Source of the DNA: Clostridiaceae bacterium
GTDB lineage: Bacteria > Bacillota > Clostridia > Saccharofermentanales > DTU023
Assembly (NCBI GenBank): GCA_012799825.1
Contig: JAAZKK010000080.1
Coordinates: 1,004-65,003 of the forward strand
Direction of reading: 5' to 3'
Length of the DNA stretch: 64,000 nucleotides
Shown: in pieces, positions 49,780 through 58,993 of the stretch
How positions within the stretch are numbered: the first letter of the stretch is position 1
How the letters are laid out: the number at the start of each line of letters is the position of its first letter
Notes under the pieces: model-generated
The model's database searches: none
What the model was told of the DNA's origin: nothing
Seen by the model: only the letters and a program-made list of their open reading frames with translations
Made by a program: the position numbers and the translations under genes

Positions 49780-51600
49780 ATGCGCCGCGAATCATTCTTT
49801 TTAAAAATTAAACCTGCGTTTAGACACGTGTTTTTTATCATACTTTGTGTTTCATTGATGTTTTTAGCGGCATGTCATCCCGGTACAAATAATGGCTTTA
49901 TACCAACTGATTCGGAGCCGTCTAATGAATCCGTCCCACCGAAAGAGACGGATCAAGAAACGACTAATACCGATGCGCTTAAGACTTCGCCGGAAATCCA
50001 TCGAGGGTATCCGGCATCGCGTGAGGAGTGCTATGTCATGGCATATACGGGAAACGAGTCATTGAATCTGAACCCGTTTGCAGAAGGAGGGACTCAGTTT
50101 CCGGTCGATCCGACAGGCTTTTATCAGCCCGTGTACGAAACGCTTTTCCGTTTTAATCCCATGAAAGCAGATTACCAGGGCGTTCTTGCAGAAAGTTATA
50201 CTGTAAAAGCGGGGAGTGTCTCCGTCACCTTAAAGCCGGACGTCTTTTGGCATGATGGCTATGCTTTATCATGTCAGGACGTCATATATACTATTGAACT
50301 CCACCTCCAGCTTCAGACATCCCAAGGCCAAGAGCTTTCGCAATATATTAGAGATATTCGTATTCCTGATTCGCTCAACATGGACATCGTTCTTTTTTCC
50401 GATATCCCCGATGGAGCACACCGCCTTATGGAGGCGCTGACCCATCTTCTGATTTTGCCTCGTCACACATGGCAACCTGTTGTAGGCGAACACCTGACAC
50501 TGGACGCGGTGCGTGCGCTTGCGGTCGTTCCTGTCAACGGAACGGGTGTGTGGTCTTATGTGGGAAGCGATGTGTACGCGATGACATTTTCCTTGTTCAG
50601 AGAGAACGATGTGCCGGAGGGTACTCCCTCTTACCTTATCCTGTCAAAATACGCGCAAAAAGAATTGTCTGCGCGTGCGCTGGCATGCGGTAACATCGAT
50701 TTTGCTCTTCAAGGAGAGGCCTTGGAAGAGCTGTGTGAAGAATTGCCGCTAGCGATTCAAAAGGATGAGGTCTTGCTATCGCCTGTATATGCCGGTGAGC
50801 GAATCGCCGGTATTGCCATTAACACGAAAAGCAAGCCGTGGTATGGAGATCGGGCATTTCGGCAGTTGTTGTCGTTATTGGGAAGAGTTGAAGTAGAGCA
50901 TACTGTCTATCACACAGACGAGCGGCAATATTCGCCAGCCTGCGTTTTCGCGCTTCCGAGCACGGTCGACCAATTAGATCGGCATGCGCTTGAAAATGTG
51001 CTCGCTCCTTTTTCGGAAGAGGCGGTACAACAGCTCATGGAAGAAGCTAAGCTCTCCCTCGATCAAGATAGCGGCAAGCTGCTTTTTAATGGTGAAGCGA
51101 TGACATCGCTTTCACTCACGTATCCTTCAGATGATTTGACGGCGCTTACCCTTTGCAAAGATTATGCTTCCACCTGCTCGTCCTATGGAATTGTCATCGC
51201 TTTCAATCCGGTCTCGCGCAATGTCTGGCAAGAGAGATGTATTAACGGGGACTACGAGTTGATCTTCATGCCGTCTGACGTGGATGAAACACCGCTCGGC
51301 GCACTGGAGCGTCTGCGCTCGATTCCCTCTTTACGAGAAGACAATTCCATCGGTCAAGTCGAACTTGATACTTCGCTCTTTTTGGAAAAAGAACAGGCAT
51401 TTGTTTCCACCTTTAATCAAGACATTCTTCCGTATATGGAGGACATGACGCACTGGCTTATAGAAGAAGCTCTCTACATTCCGTTAGACGCAGGTATGGT
51501 TGAGTACGGTGTAAAAAATGGCGTCATACATCCTGATTTTCCGATCAATACTCTCTTTTCAAGAGATGTTATCGTTGGTGAAACGGTCCTCTATCCGTAG
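49780..51600 (+). CDS. Family-5 (peptide/nickel/opine type) ABC substrate-binding lipoprotein
   Basis: Lipobox (FLAAC) with a ~600-aa SBP_bac_5-like body. AGGAGA RBS before ATG 49780. Track start 49756 would leave only 16 bp to the divergent sanA. Confidence 0.8.
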   Translation: MRRESFFLKIKPAFRHVFFIILCVSLMFLAACHPGTNNGFIPTDSEPSNESVPPKETDQETTNTDALKTSPEIHRGYPASREECYVMAYTGNESLNLNPFAEGGTQFPVDPTGFYQPVYETLFRFNPMKADYQGVLAESYTVKAGSVSVTLKPDVFWHDGYALSCQDVIYTIELHLQLQTSQGQELSQYIRDIRIPDSLNMDIVLFSDIPDGAHRLMEALTHLLILPRHTWQPVVGEHLTLDAVRALAVVPVNGTGVWSYVGSDVYAMTFSLFRENDVPEGTPSYLILSKYAQKELSARALACGNIDFALQGEALEELCEELPLAIQKDEVLLSPVYAGERIAGIAINTKSKPWYGDRAFRQLLSLLGRVEVEHTVYHTDERQYSPACVFALPSTVDQLDRHALENVLAPFSEEAVQQLMEEAKLSLDQDSGKLLFNGEAMTSLSLTYPSDDLTALTLCKDYASTCSSYGIVIAFNPVSRNVWQERCINGDYELIFMPSDVDETPLGALERLRSIPSLREDNSIGQVELDTSLFLEKEQAFVSTFNQDILPYMEDMTHWLIEEALYIPLDAGMVEYGVKNGVIHPDFPINTLFSRDVIVGETVLYP

Positions 51601-51906
51601 CGTTCCGTTTGCTTCATCCTGTGCTTGATTCTAGTAAATTCTCATGTGATGCATGCGGCTTAAAGAATGCTTAAGGCGTCGAAATCCCGCACACGATCGT
51701 TTTATTTGCCAAACGAAATATATTTTGTTAATCTACAAGTTAGATTTGCCTAACTTGCGAGAATTTGTATCCTTAGACGGCTTTCAATGGATTTATTGAG
51801 CAACCGGATTACGCGATTCAATCATTATGGCTCTGTTGAATAGCTGATACGACCTTCTTACTCCGCAGGTTTGCTTTTTAACGACAGAAAAAGGATTAAG
51901 ACAGAC

Positions 51907-53634
51907 ATGCTCGATAAATTGCTTTTTCGGTACATAGGCCATGCCAAAAAATACATTGTCATAAGCGTTATTCTTATGATGCTCAAGGTTGTCGGCAGTT
52001 TTTTTATTGCCTTTTCGATCGGCGGGATCATTCAAGGGATGTTCTCTTCTGCCGCAGGTTATTTAGGCGCGAATATTCCGCTGTTCCTCCTAGGAGCGGT
52101 CTTGAGATCAGGCTGTCTTTATTTAGTCACACGCTATCAAACGAAAATAACAGGTGAAGTCAAGACAAATCTCAGAATGGAAATGATAGCCAAAGTCATG
52201 CGTGTGGGGCCGGCGTATCTGAATTACACCTCGACATCGAACATGATGAATATGGGATCGGATACGATTGAGCAACTGGAGAATTATTACGGACGCTTTT
52301 TGCCTCAGTTTTTCGGAAGCTTCGGCATGAGTGCCGTCACATTCGCTGTTTTGATCTCCGTAAATCGACAGACCGGTCTTTTGTTCCTTGTTCTTGCCCC
52401 CGTCGTACCTCTGATATTGAAAGCCATTTTGGAGAGAGTTAGCCGTAAACAAAAGGAATACTGGCGAAGTTATCAGGACGTAGGCCAATTGTTTCTAGAC
52501 AGCTTACAGGGTATGACGACGCTAAAGATTTTTTCTGCAGATGAAAAGAGGGCAGAAGAAATACATGAAAAATCTGAGATTTTTCGCACTGAAACGATGA
52601 AGATTCTTAAGATGCAGCTCAATTCGATCACCGTTATAGAATGGATCGCCTATGGCGGCAGTGTCGCGCTTATAGCCCTTGGCCTTTCGCATACTCCTTT
52701 TACCGTCCAAAGCCTCCGATCGATCATTGTTTTGGCGTTTATTGCGATGGAGGCTTTTAGCCCGATGGTGACGCTAATATCGAGTTTCCATGTCGCTATG
52801 ACGGGTGTCGCGGCAGGAAAGCAATTAATTGATTTCTTTGACCTGCCTGAACAAGATGACGCTCATAAAAAGGAGGTTGAGAGTATTTCAGGCGGTATTA
52901 CCGTAAGAGAGCTTGACTTTTCCTATCCTGGAAGCGATCGCAAGGTGTTAGATCGCGTGAACGCTGAATTCACATCGAACGGTTATACATCGGTCGTCGG
53001 CGCCTCAGGTTCCGGCAAGACAACGCTCGTGCGACTCTTGACTGGGCAGCTTAACGGTGGCGAAGAGGCTATTTTCTGGGGCGGGCACGCGTACTGCGTG
53101 TATAAGAAACAATCGATTACGGAAAACATGATCCGCATCGCGCACGATGCCCATATTTTCGAGAAAACGATTCGAGACAATTTGCTCATGGGAAAAAGCA
53201 CGGCGACGGATCAAGATTTAATTGAAGCCTTGAAGACGGTTCAACTGTATGACGAAGTTGAACCGAGGGGCGGACTTGATCTTTTCATAAAATCGGGCGG
53301 CAGCAATCTTTCCGGCGGACAAAAACAGCGCCTCGTTCTCGCAAGAGCCATATTGCACGATGCCAAGGTTTATGTATTGGACGAGGCCAGTTCTAACATC
53401 GATGCTGAAAGTGAAGCCGTCATTTTACAGGTGATCGAGGAGATGGCCAAGAAGAAAATCGTCATACTCGTGTCTCACCGACTGTACGCCGGCAAGAATG
53501 CTAAGAACATTTACGTCTTAGATGAAGGAAGGTTGGTGGAGGAGGGTCGCTTTACGGAGCTTGTCAAAGGCGAAGGAATTTACCAGAGGATGTGGCAGGC
53601 GCAGGATCGGCTTGAACGGGGGCTTGGCCTATGA
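51907..53634 (+). CDS. ABC transporter permease/ATP-binding protein, exporter fold (CydD/MptA-like)
   Basis: A 6-TM domain precedes an NBD with GASGSGKTT, LSGGQKQRL and VYVLDEAS. Confidence 0.85.
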   Translation: MLDKLLFRYIGHAKKYIVISVILMMLKVVGSFFIAFSIGGIIQGMFSSAAGYLGANIPLFLLGAVLRSGCLYLVTRYQTKITGEVKTNLRMEMIAKVMRVGPAYLNYTSTSNMMNMGSDTIEQLENYYGRFLPQFFGSFGMSAVTFAVLISVNRQTGLLFLVLAPVVPLILKAILERVSRKQKEYWRSYQDVGQLFLDSLQGMTTLKIFSADEKRAEEIHEKSEIFRTETMKILKMQLNSITVIEWIAYGGSVALIALGLSHTPFTVQSLRSIIVLAFIAMEAFSPMVTLISSFHVAMTGVAAGKQLIDFFDLPEQDDAHKKEVESISGGITVRELDFSYPGSDRKVLDRVNAEFTSNGYTSVVGASGSGKTTLVRLLTGQLNGGEEAIFWGGHAYCVYKKQSITENMIRIAHDAHIFEKTIRDNLLMGKSTATDQDLIEALKTVQLYDEVEPRGGLDLFIKSGGSNLSGGQKQRLVLARAILHDAKVYVLDEASSNIDAESEAVILQVIEEMAKKKIVILVSHRLYAGKNAKNIYVLDEGRLVEEGRFTELVKGEGIYQRMWQAQDRLERGLGL

Positions 53635-55280
53635 AGAAAAGAAGGTCTCTTGCCATCATGAAGGATTTGCTGATCTTGGGTAAGGAGCAGATCCCCGACC
53701 TCCTCCTTGCCATTGTAACGGGGGTTCTTTCATTCTTTTCCAGTGTGGGAATCGCCGTGCTGGCCGCTTTGCTCATTGTCAACGCAAGCGGTGTTGGCGG
53801 CGGTCTTCTGTCCTCTAAAAACACAGTCATTCTGATGGCAATATTCGCCATAGTGCGAGGTTTGATGCGCTATTTAGAGCAATACATGAACCACTTGGTA
53901 GCTTTTAAGATTCTATGTATGCTCCGCGACAAGGTCTTTGCCGCCGTAAGGCGACTGGCTCCTGCCAAGTTGCAGGGAAGCAACAAGGGATCACTCATTT
54001 CGATCATCACGGCCGACATTGAATTGGTTGAAGTATTTTACGCGCATACGATCTCTCCTATTATCATCGCTCTTATCTGCGGTATCACTTACCTTATCCT
54101 AATCGCTTCATTTTCTCCTCTCATCGCCGTCGTGACGCTCGTTTCTTACGTCGTGATGAGTGTTATTTTGCCTGTCATTTTCTCTAAGTGGGCAAAACAA
54201 CACGGGCGAGCCATTCGCAAGGAAATCGGTCACTTGAATAACGTATTTTTGGATCTATTGCGCGGTATGACGGAAATTATGCAATTTGCATACCGCGATA
54301 AGGCCATTCGTACGGTGCAAGCCTCTAATAAAACTCTAGTCGACAAACAGAGCCGTCTCATCGAGCAATTGGCACTGCTTCTTGCCCTAGAGGACGTGGT
54401 GGTCGTTCTGACGAGCGGGGTCGCTGTACTTGTCGGCGTCCTGACAGGTCTTTCTTGGACGATTCTTCTGCCTCTTGTTTTCGGAATTTTCTTTAGCTTT
54501 CCTCCGATGATCAACGTGGCCTCTTTGGGCAATGGCTTGTCGCAATCACTTGCCAGCGGTGAACGAATTCTGAATTTGTTAGAGGAAGAGCCGATCGCAG
54601 AAGAAGTAAAAGACGGCATCGACTTAAATCTCGAAGATAGGGTGGCAGACCCCCTTGTTAGGATCAGCGATCTTTCATTCTCCTACGGCGATCAATCTGT
54701 CCTCGAGGACTTCAACTTGGATATTTCAGAAGGCGAGATCGTGGGAATTCGGGGCGAGAGCGGTTGCGGCAAGTCGACGCTCGTCAATTTAATGATGTAT
54801 TTCAGGCCGGCGGACAAGGGAGATATTTTAATTGCCGGGCACCCGATCCAAAGTATCAACACGCAATCGTTATGGAAAAACATCAGCTACATGACGCAAA
54901 GCGCTGAATTTTTCGAGGGCACCATCCGTGACAATTTGCTGATCGCAAAGCTGAATGCCACAGATGAGGAACTGAGGCAAGCTTTGCGCCAGGCTTCGAT
55001 TCTGGACTTTGTCGAGAAACTGGAGCATGGGTTGGATACGACGTTAACGGAACTGGGCGACAATTTCTCAGCCGGAGAAAGGCAGCGATTCGGGCTTGCC
55101 CGCTGTTTCTTGGAAAATACAAAAATCTTACTTTTAGATGAACCTACGAGCAATCTCGATGTTTTAAATGAAAACATTATTTTAGATGCTCTAAAGCGCA
55201 ATAAAAAGGATAAAACGATCCTTTTAATAAGTCACCGCGAAAGCAGCCTGAAAATTTGCGATCGCATCATTCAGATGTAG
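53631..55280 (+). CDS. ABC transporter permease/ATP-binding protein, exporter fold (CydC/MptB-like), signature motif degenerate
   Basis: A 6-TM domain precedes an NBD with GESGCGKST and ILLLDEPT. The signature reads FSAGE (55065-55079) instead of LSGGQ. It overlaps the upstream gene by 4 bp. Confidence 0.85.
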   Translation: MKKRRSLAIMKDLLILGKEQIPDLLLAIVTGVLSFFSSVGIAVLAALLIVNASGVGGGLLSSKNTVILMAIFAIVRGLMRYLEQYMNHLVAFKILCMLRDKVFAAVRRLAPAKLQGSNKGSLISIITADIELVEVFYAHTISPIIIALICGITYLILIASFSPLIAVVTLVSYVVMSVILPVIFSKWAKQHGRAIRKEIGHLNNVFLDLLRGMTEIMQFAYRDKAIRTVQASNKTLVDKQSRLIEQLALLLALEDVVVVLTSGVAVLVGVLTGLSWTILLPLVFGIFFSFPPMINVASLGNGLSQSLASGERILNLLEEEPIAEEVKDGIDLNLEDRVADPLVRISDLSFSYGDQSVLEDFNLDISEGEIVGIRGESGCGKSTLVNLMMYFRPADKGDILIAGHPIQSINTQSLWKNISYMTQSAEFFEGTIRDNLLIAKLNATDEELRQALRQASILDFVEKLEHGLDTTLTELGDNFSAGERQRFGLARCFLENTKILLLDEPTSNLDVLNENIILDALKRNKKDKTILLISHRESSLKICDRIIQM

Positions 55281-55339
55281 AAAAACGTAGTGAGAAGACC
55301 TGCGCATAGATAAAGAGGAATCGGAGTTGAGGTGGATAA

Positions 55340-55891
55340 ATGACAAAAGTGACATTTAAAGCTTTTACGATAAGGGACATTGTTTTCCTCGCAGTAATCA
55401 CGGCGGTTACTTTACTTTTCAGCGGACCTTTTGCGCCGCTTGTCATGACAGCGACAAAACTGGGTGTTCAAGCTATCGCGATGGCATTGCCTTTTTCGCT
55501 AATGACTTCCGTTGGACTTCGCAAAGTGAAAAAACCGGGTTCTTTGACACTCATAGGCCTCTTTTCCGGTCTCGTCCTCTTACTGATGGCACCCGTTATG
55601 TTCTTCAATCAGCTCATAGGCGCTCTCCTTTCCGAAGGCACGGCTTTACTTCTTTTCAAGACGTATGACAACAAAAAAACTATTCTATTTAGTTCAGGGT
55701 TGTTTTCTTTCTTTACAATACCGCTGACAGCCATCGTGAACATTCTAGCCAAAGGGCGATCCATTGAAGAGCAAATAGGAAATCCGCTCACATTTGTCTT
55801 AATTGTTGCAGGAACAATAATTTTGGGCTTTGCAGGTGCATTCATCGGCAATAAAATAGCGGATGAACTGGAAAAAGCCGGCAAGCTGTAG
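55340..55891 (+). CDS. Putative ECF-transporter S component (MptD/YkoE, Trep_Strep-like)
   Basis: A 183-aa hydrophobic protein with about 6 TM segments and a basic/acidic C-terminal tail. It lies directly upstream of the EcfT and duplicated EcfA genes. Confidence 0.6.
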   Translation: MTKVTFKAFTIRDIVFLAVITAVTLLFSGPFAPLVMTATKLGVQAIAMALPFSLMTSVGLRKVKKPGSLTLIGLFSGLVLLLMAPVMFFNQLIGALLSEGTALLLFKTYDNKKTILFSSGLFSFFTIPLTAIVNILAKGRSIEEQIGNPLTFVLIVAGTIILGFAGAFIGNKIADELEKAGKL

Positions 55892-55898
55892 GTCCGAT

Positions 55899-56579
55899 AT
55901 GTATCAGGATTCCAAGGCAATTCATCCGATTATGTCACTCATCTTTAGTCTGCTGCTTTTTGTGACAGGATTGCTCTTTGTAAAAGAAGGCTGGTTCCAT
56001 TTTTACGTTCTGACGTTCATCGTTCTTCTTCTTCTTTTCAGGTTTGAAAAGACAATGTTAAGACTCATTCCGTTCATCATTATCTTCGGCAGTGTCATGG
56101 GCGGCCTGACGATGGTCAATGGCAGTCGGCAAGATGCTTTATACGCCTTTTACCGCGTGTTGGCGCTGGGGTTGGCAGGCACACTAAGCATCAGTATAAG
56201 ACCCATCCGCCTCGTTCGATCCATGAATCAGTTGCGCATCCCGCGCTGGATCAGCTTAGCCGTCTTAATTGTCATCCGGTTTATCGAGATTTTCCGCGAA
56301 GAAATAAGATGTATTAGGCAGGCGATTCGCCTGCGAAATATTCGCCTTACAGAATCGCCTGTTTTATGGGGCAGAGCTTTTTTTATTCCGCTTGTTATCC
56401 GCGTCTTAAGCATTTCCGAAGGATTGGCCATTTCACTGGAGACGAGAGGTTTTTCTACCAATAACGAAGGCACGTCCTATGAAGTGATCCGTTTCAGAAA
56501 AAGAGATTTGGCTTTTTCTTGCCTTTTTACCGGGGGCCTTGCCGTCTTTATCTGTTTATTCTTTGGAGGTTTTCGGTGA
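55899..56579 (+). CDS. Energy-coupling factor transporter transmembrane (T) component
   Basis: A CbiQ/EcfT-like membrane protein with the coupling-helix region ..IRQAIRLRN.. and ..ISLETRGF... Confidence 0.8.
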   Translation: MYQDSKAIHPIMSLIFSLLLFVTGLLFVKEGWFHFYVLTFIVLLLLFRFEKTMLRLIPFIIIFGSVMGGLTMVNGSRQDALYAFYRVLALGLAGTLSISIRPIRLVRSMNQLRIPRWISLAVLIVIRFIEIFREEIRCIRQAIRLRNIRLTESPVLWGRAFFIPLVIRVLSISEGLAISLETRGFSTNNEGTSYEVIRFRKRDLAFSCLFTGGLAVFICLFFGGFR

Positions 56580-58036
56580 GCTTTGCCTTGGAAGCAAAAA
56601 ACTTAAGCCTTTCCTATGACTTTTCAAAAGAAAAGGCAGATGAAGAGAGACATTGGATCTTTAAAGATCTTAGTTTCCGGATGAAATCGGGAGAGTTGAT
56701 ACTGATGACAGGTCCTTCTGGTTGCGGAAAATCGTCCTTGATGAACATGATCAACGGCGTGATTCCGTATCTTAAGCATGCATGCGTTCGCGGCGATGTC
56801 TATATCGAAGGACAGAAGATTACCGACAGCACCGTTCGTGAACGGACAAAATTTGTCGGCAGCGTGTTTCAAAATCCGAGGGAGCAAATTATTTTCGACG
56901 ATGTATCGGCTGAGATCGTTTTTCCGATGGAGAATATAGGGGAAACGTCCCAAAGAATGAAAGAGAAGCTGATAACCTTGCTGGACTTGACCGGTCTTAT
57001 CGCCGATGCTAAGACGGCGACCTTGTCGGGCGGTGAGAAACAGAAGCTCATGACGGCCTGCACTTTGGCGATGGGACAGGAGATCCTGCTCTTGGATGAA
57101 CCATTGGCCAACATGGACGTAAAATCGGCGATCGAATTGTTAAGTCTTCTGAGAAGATTAGCAAAAGAAGAAGGGTACGCCATCTTATTGATTGAGCACC
57201 GTCAGGAAATGGTCTTACCTTACGTCGATCGTGTCTTTTTACTAAAACCAAGTGATCTCCCAAACGTCGAAATGACATTAGAATATTGGGAAGAGAAAGA
57301 AGCGTATCAAAAGTATATTTGCCAAGAATCGCATAGCGTTGATCGTCGGAGAAACTGGAAAGCTAACGACGAAACACATGATGACGGAGAAGTAGATCAT
57401 GTTGGAGATACAATAGCCGAGAGAGAGAATTCTCGAGAAGTGCTGTTTTTTGTCAACAATGTAGACTATTTTACGGGCAAGCGACCCCTGTTAAAAAACT
57501 TTTCATGGCAAGTAAAGAGGGGAGAGTCATGGGTCGTCTTAGGAGAGAACGGATGCGGCAAAACGACACTGCTCAACTTGTTAATCGGCTTTGAAAAGCC
57601 GGCAAGGGGCGAAATTACGTGGTCATATAGCAAAAAAGATCAGAGAAAGAAGATCGGCTACGTTTTACAGAATCCGGATTATCAGCTCTTTATGCCAAAA
57701 GTCAGAGATGAGCTTTATTTGAATGCAAAATCGTCGGACTTTGTAGAAGAATTAATTCAGCTTTTCGATCTTAACGGGATGCTCGACCGTCATCCGCTCA
57801 GCTTAAGCGAGGGGCAAAAAAGAAAGCTCGGCTTTGCCTGCATGATCGCCCAAGAACCGGAGGTCCTGTTTTTAGACGAGCCGACGGTAGGACTCGACAC
57901 GGCCAGCATGGACCAGCTGCTTTATGCTCTCGCGTTACTGAAAGAAAGATCGGGCATTGATTTGACGACGATAAGCGTCAGCCACGACAAACGAGCCATC
58001 CCTTATCTAGGAAATGAGTTTTTGTCGCTGTCTTAG
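56576..58036 (+). CDS. ECF/ABC ATPase with two fused NBDs (YkoD/MptE-like)
   Basis: NBD1 has GPSGCGKSS, LSGGEKQKL and LLLDEP. NBD2 has GENGCGKTT, LSEGQKRKL and LFLDEP. The GTG start follows a GGAGG RBS and overlaps the T-component stop. Confidence 0.88.
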   Translation: MSFALEAKNLSLSYDFSKEKADEERHWIFKDLSFRMKSGELILMTGPSGCGKSSLMNMINGVIPYLKHACVRGDVYIEGQKITDSTVRERTKFVGSVFQNPREQIIFDDVSAEIVFPMENIGETSQRMKEKLITLLDLTGLIADAKTATLSGGEKQKLMTACTLAMGQEILLLDEPLANMDVKSAIELLSLLRRLAKEEGYAILLIEHRQEMVLPYVDRVFLLKPSDLPNVEMTLEYWEEKEAYQKYICQESHSVDRRRNWKANDETHDDGEVDHVGDTIAERENSREVLFFVNNVDYFTGKRPLLKNFSWQVKRGESWVVLGENGCGKTTLLNLLIGFEKPARGEITWSYSKKDQRKKIGYVLQNPDYQLFMPKVRDELYLNAKSSDFVEELIQLFDLNGMLDRHPLSLSEGQKRKLGFACMIAQEPEVLFLDEPTVGLDTASMDQLLYALALLKERSGIDLTTISVSHDKRAIPYLGNEFLSLS

Positions 58037-58312
58037 CTCTTGTTTTCGTTCTATAATCAGTTTATTTAACCGTATCTGAGAAATAATTTTTTGTCGCTGT
58101 CTTAGTTTTATAAATCGATTATTGTCCGCTATTTGACAAGGCATTTCAGTTTAGAAATTGTCCGAGAATGTAAAATATTCGCAAAAAACGTCAAAACGAA
58201 TTGACATGCTGAAGAAGAGTATGATAATTATTGTATACTTTCTTTAACATGATGTATGAAAAAGCTAACATCATGAAAAGAGAAAGAGTCCTATGAGATT
58301 CTTGGAGGCAAC

Positions 58313-58753
58313 ATGCATAACCGTACAAAAGTAGCTATTTTATCGGCAACATCCAACGTCATCTGGTTTATTTTGACTTTTATTTGGAATTGCTTCAGGG
58401 TAACACACCTTGAAGGCGAAGAGCTTGCTCGCTCGTGGGGCATATATTTCTTGATACTGGTCGCCGGTTTTCTTGTGCTGATCGCACTCAGTGCGATACT
58501 CGTCATGACAAAGGAAAAACGCTCCGGCGGGCAGGGTTTTGAGGAAATAATTGATGAACGCGACCGTCATATTGAAGTCTTTGTCATGAAAGTATTCGGT
58601 TTGGTCTTTTTTCTCTCCTTCATTGTTGTCGTTAGCCTACTGGCACTGGGTTTTGGATTACAGATTTTCTTCGGAGGCGTGGCCTTCATGGTGTTGTTGT
58701 CCGATCTTGCCATCTGGATAACATACATCATCGCTTATGAGAGAGGTCTGTAA
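58313..58753 (+). CDS. Small 4-TM membrane protein (DUF2178/DUF3796-like) paired with an HTH regulator
   Basis: Two TM pairs are separated by a charged loop containing ..IIDERDRHIE... It ends 2 nt before the HTH gene. Confidence 0.55.
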   Translation: MHNRTKVAILSATSNVIWFILTFIWNCFRVTHLEGEELARSWGIYFLILVAGFLVLIALSAILVMTKEKRSGGQGFEEIIDERDRHIEVFVMKVFGLVFFLSFIVVVSLLALGFGLQIFFGGVAFMVLLSDLAIWITYIIAYERGL

Positions 58754-58755
58754 TC

Positions 58756-58974
58756 ATGGCAAAGAAAACACGCATCACGAACAACATCCGCACGCTTCGC
58801 TTCATGGCCGGCGAAATGACACAGCAACAGCTGGCAGATGAAGTGGGCGTTACTCGCCAGACCATCTTGGCCGTGGAGAACGGCAAATACTCGCCTACCT
58901 TGGAATTAGCGTTTGCCATCGCTAAAGTGTTCGGCAGACCGCTGGAAGAGGTTTTTTCTTACGAGGACGAGTAA
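58756..58974 (+). CDS. Small XRE-family HTH transcriptional regulator (YozG-like)
   Basis: Contains ..NIRTLRFMAGEMTQQQLADEVGVTRQTILAVENGKYSPTLELAFAIAKVF... Size is 72 aa. Confidence 0.85.
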   Translation: MAKKTRITNNIRTLRFMAGEMTQQQLADEVGVTRQTILAVENGKYSPTLELAFAIAKVFGRPLEEVFSYEDE

Positions 58975-58993
58975 AAAATGCGGAGGTACGATA

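Noticed and set aside
51601-51906. TPP riboswitch ahead of the YkoEDC-like genes
   Set aside because: No CUGAGA or ACCUGAUCUGGAUAAUGCCAGCG-like elements are present.
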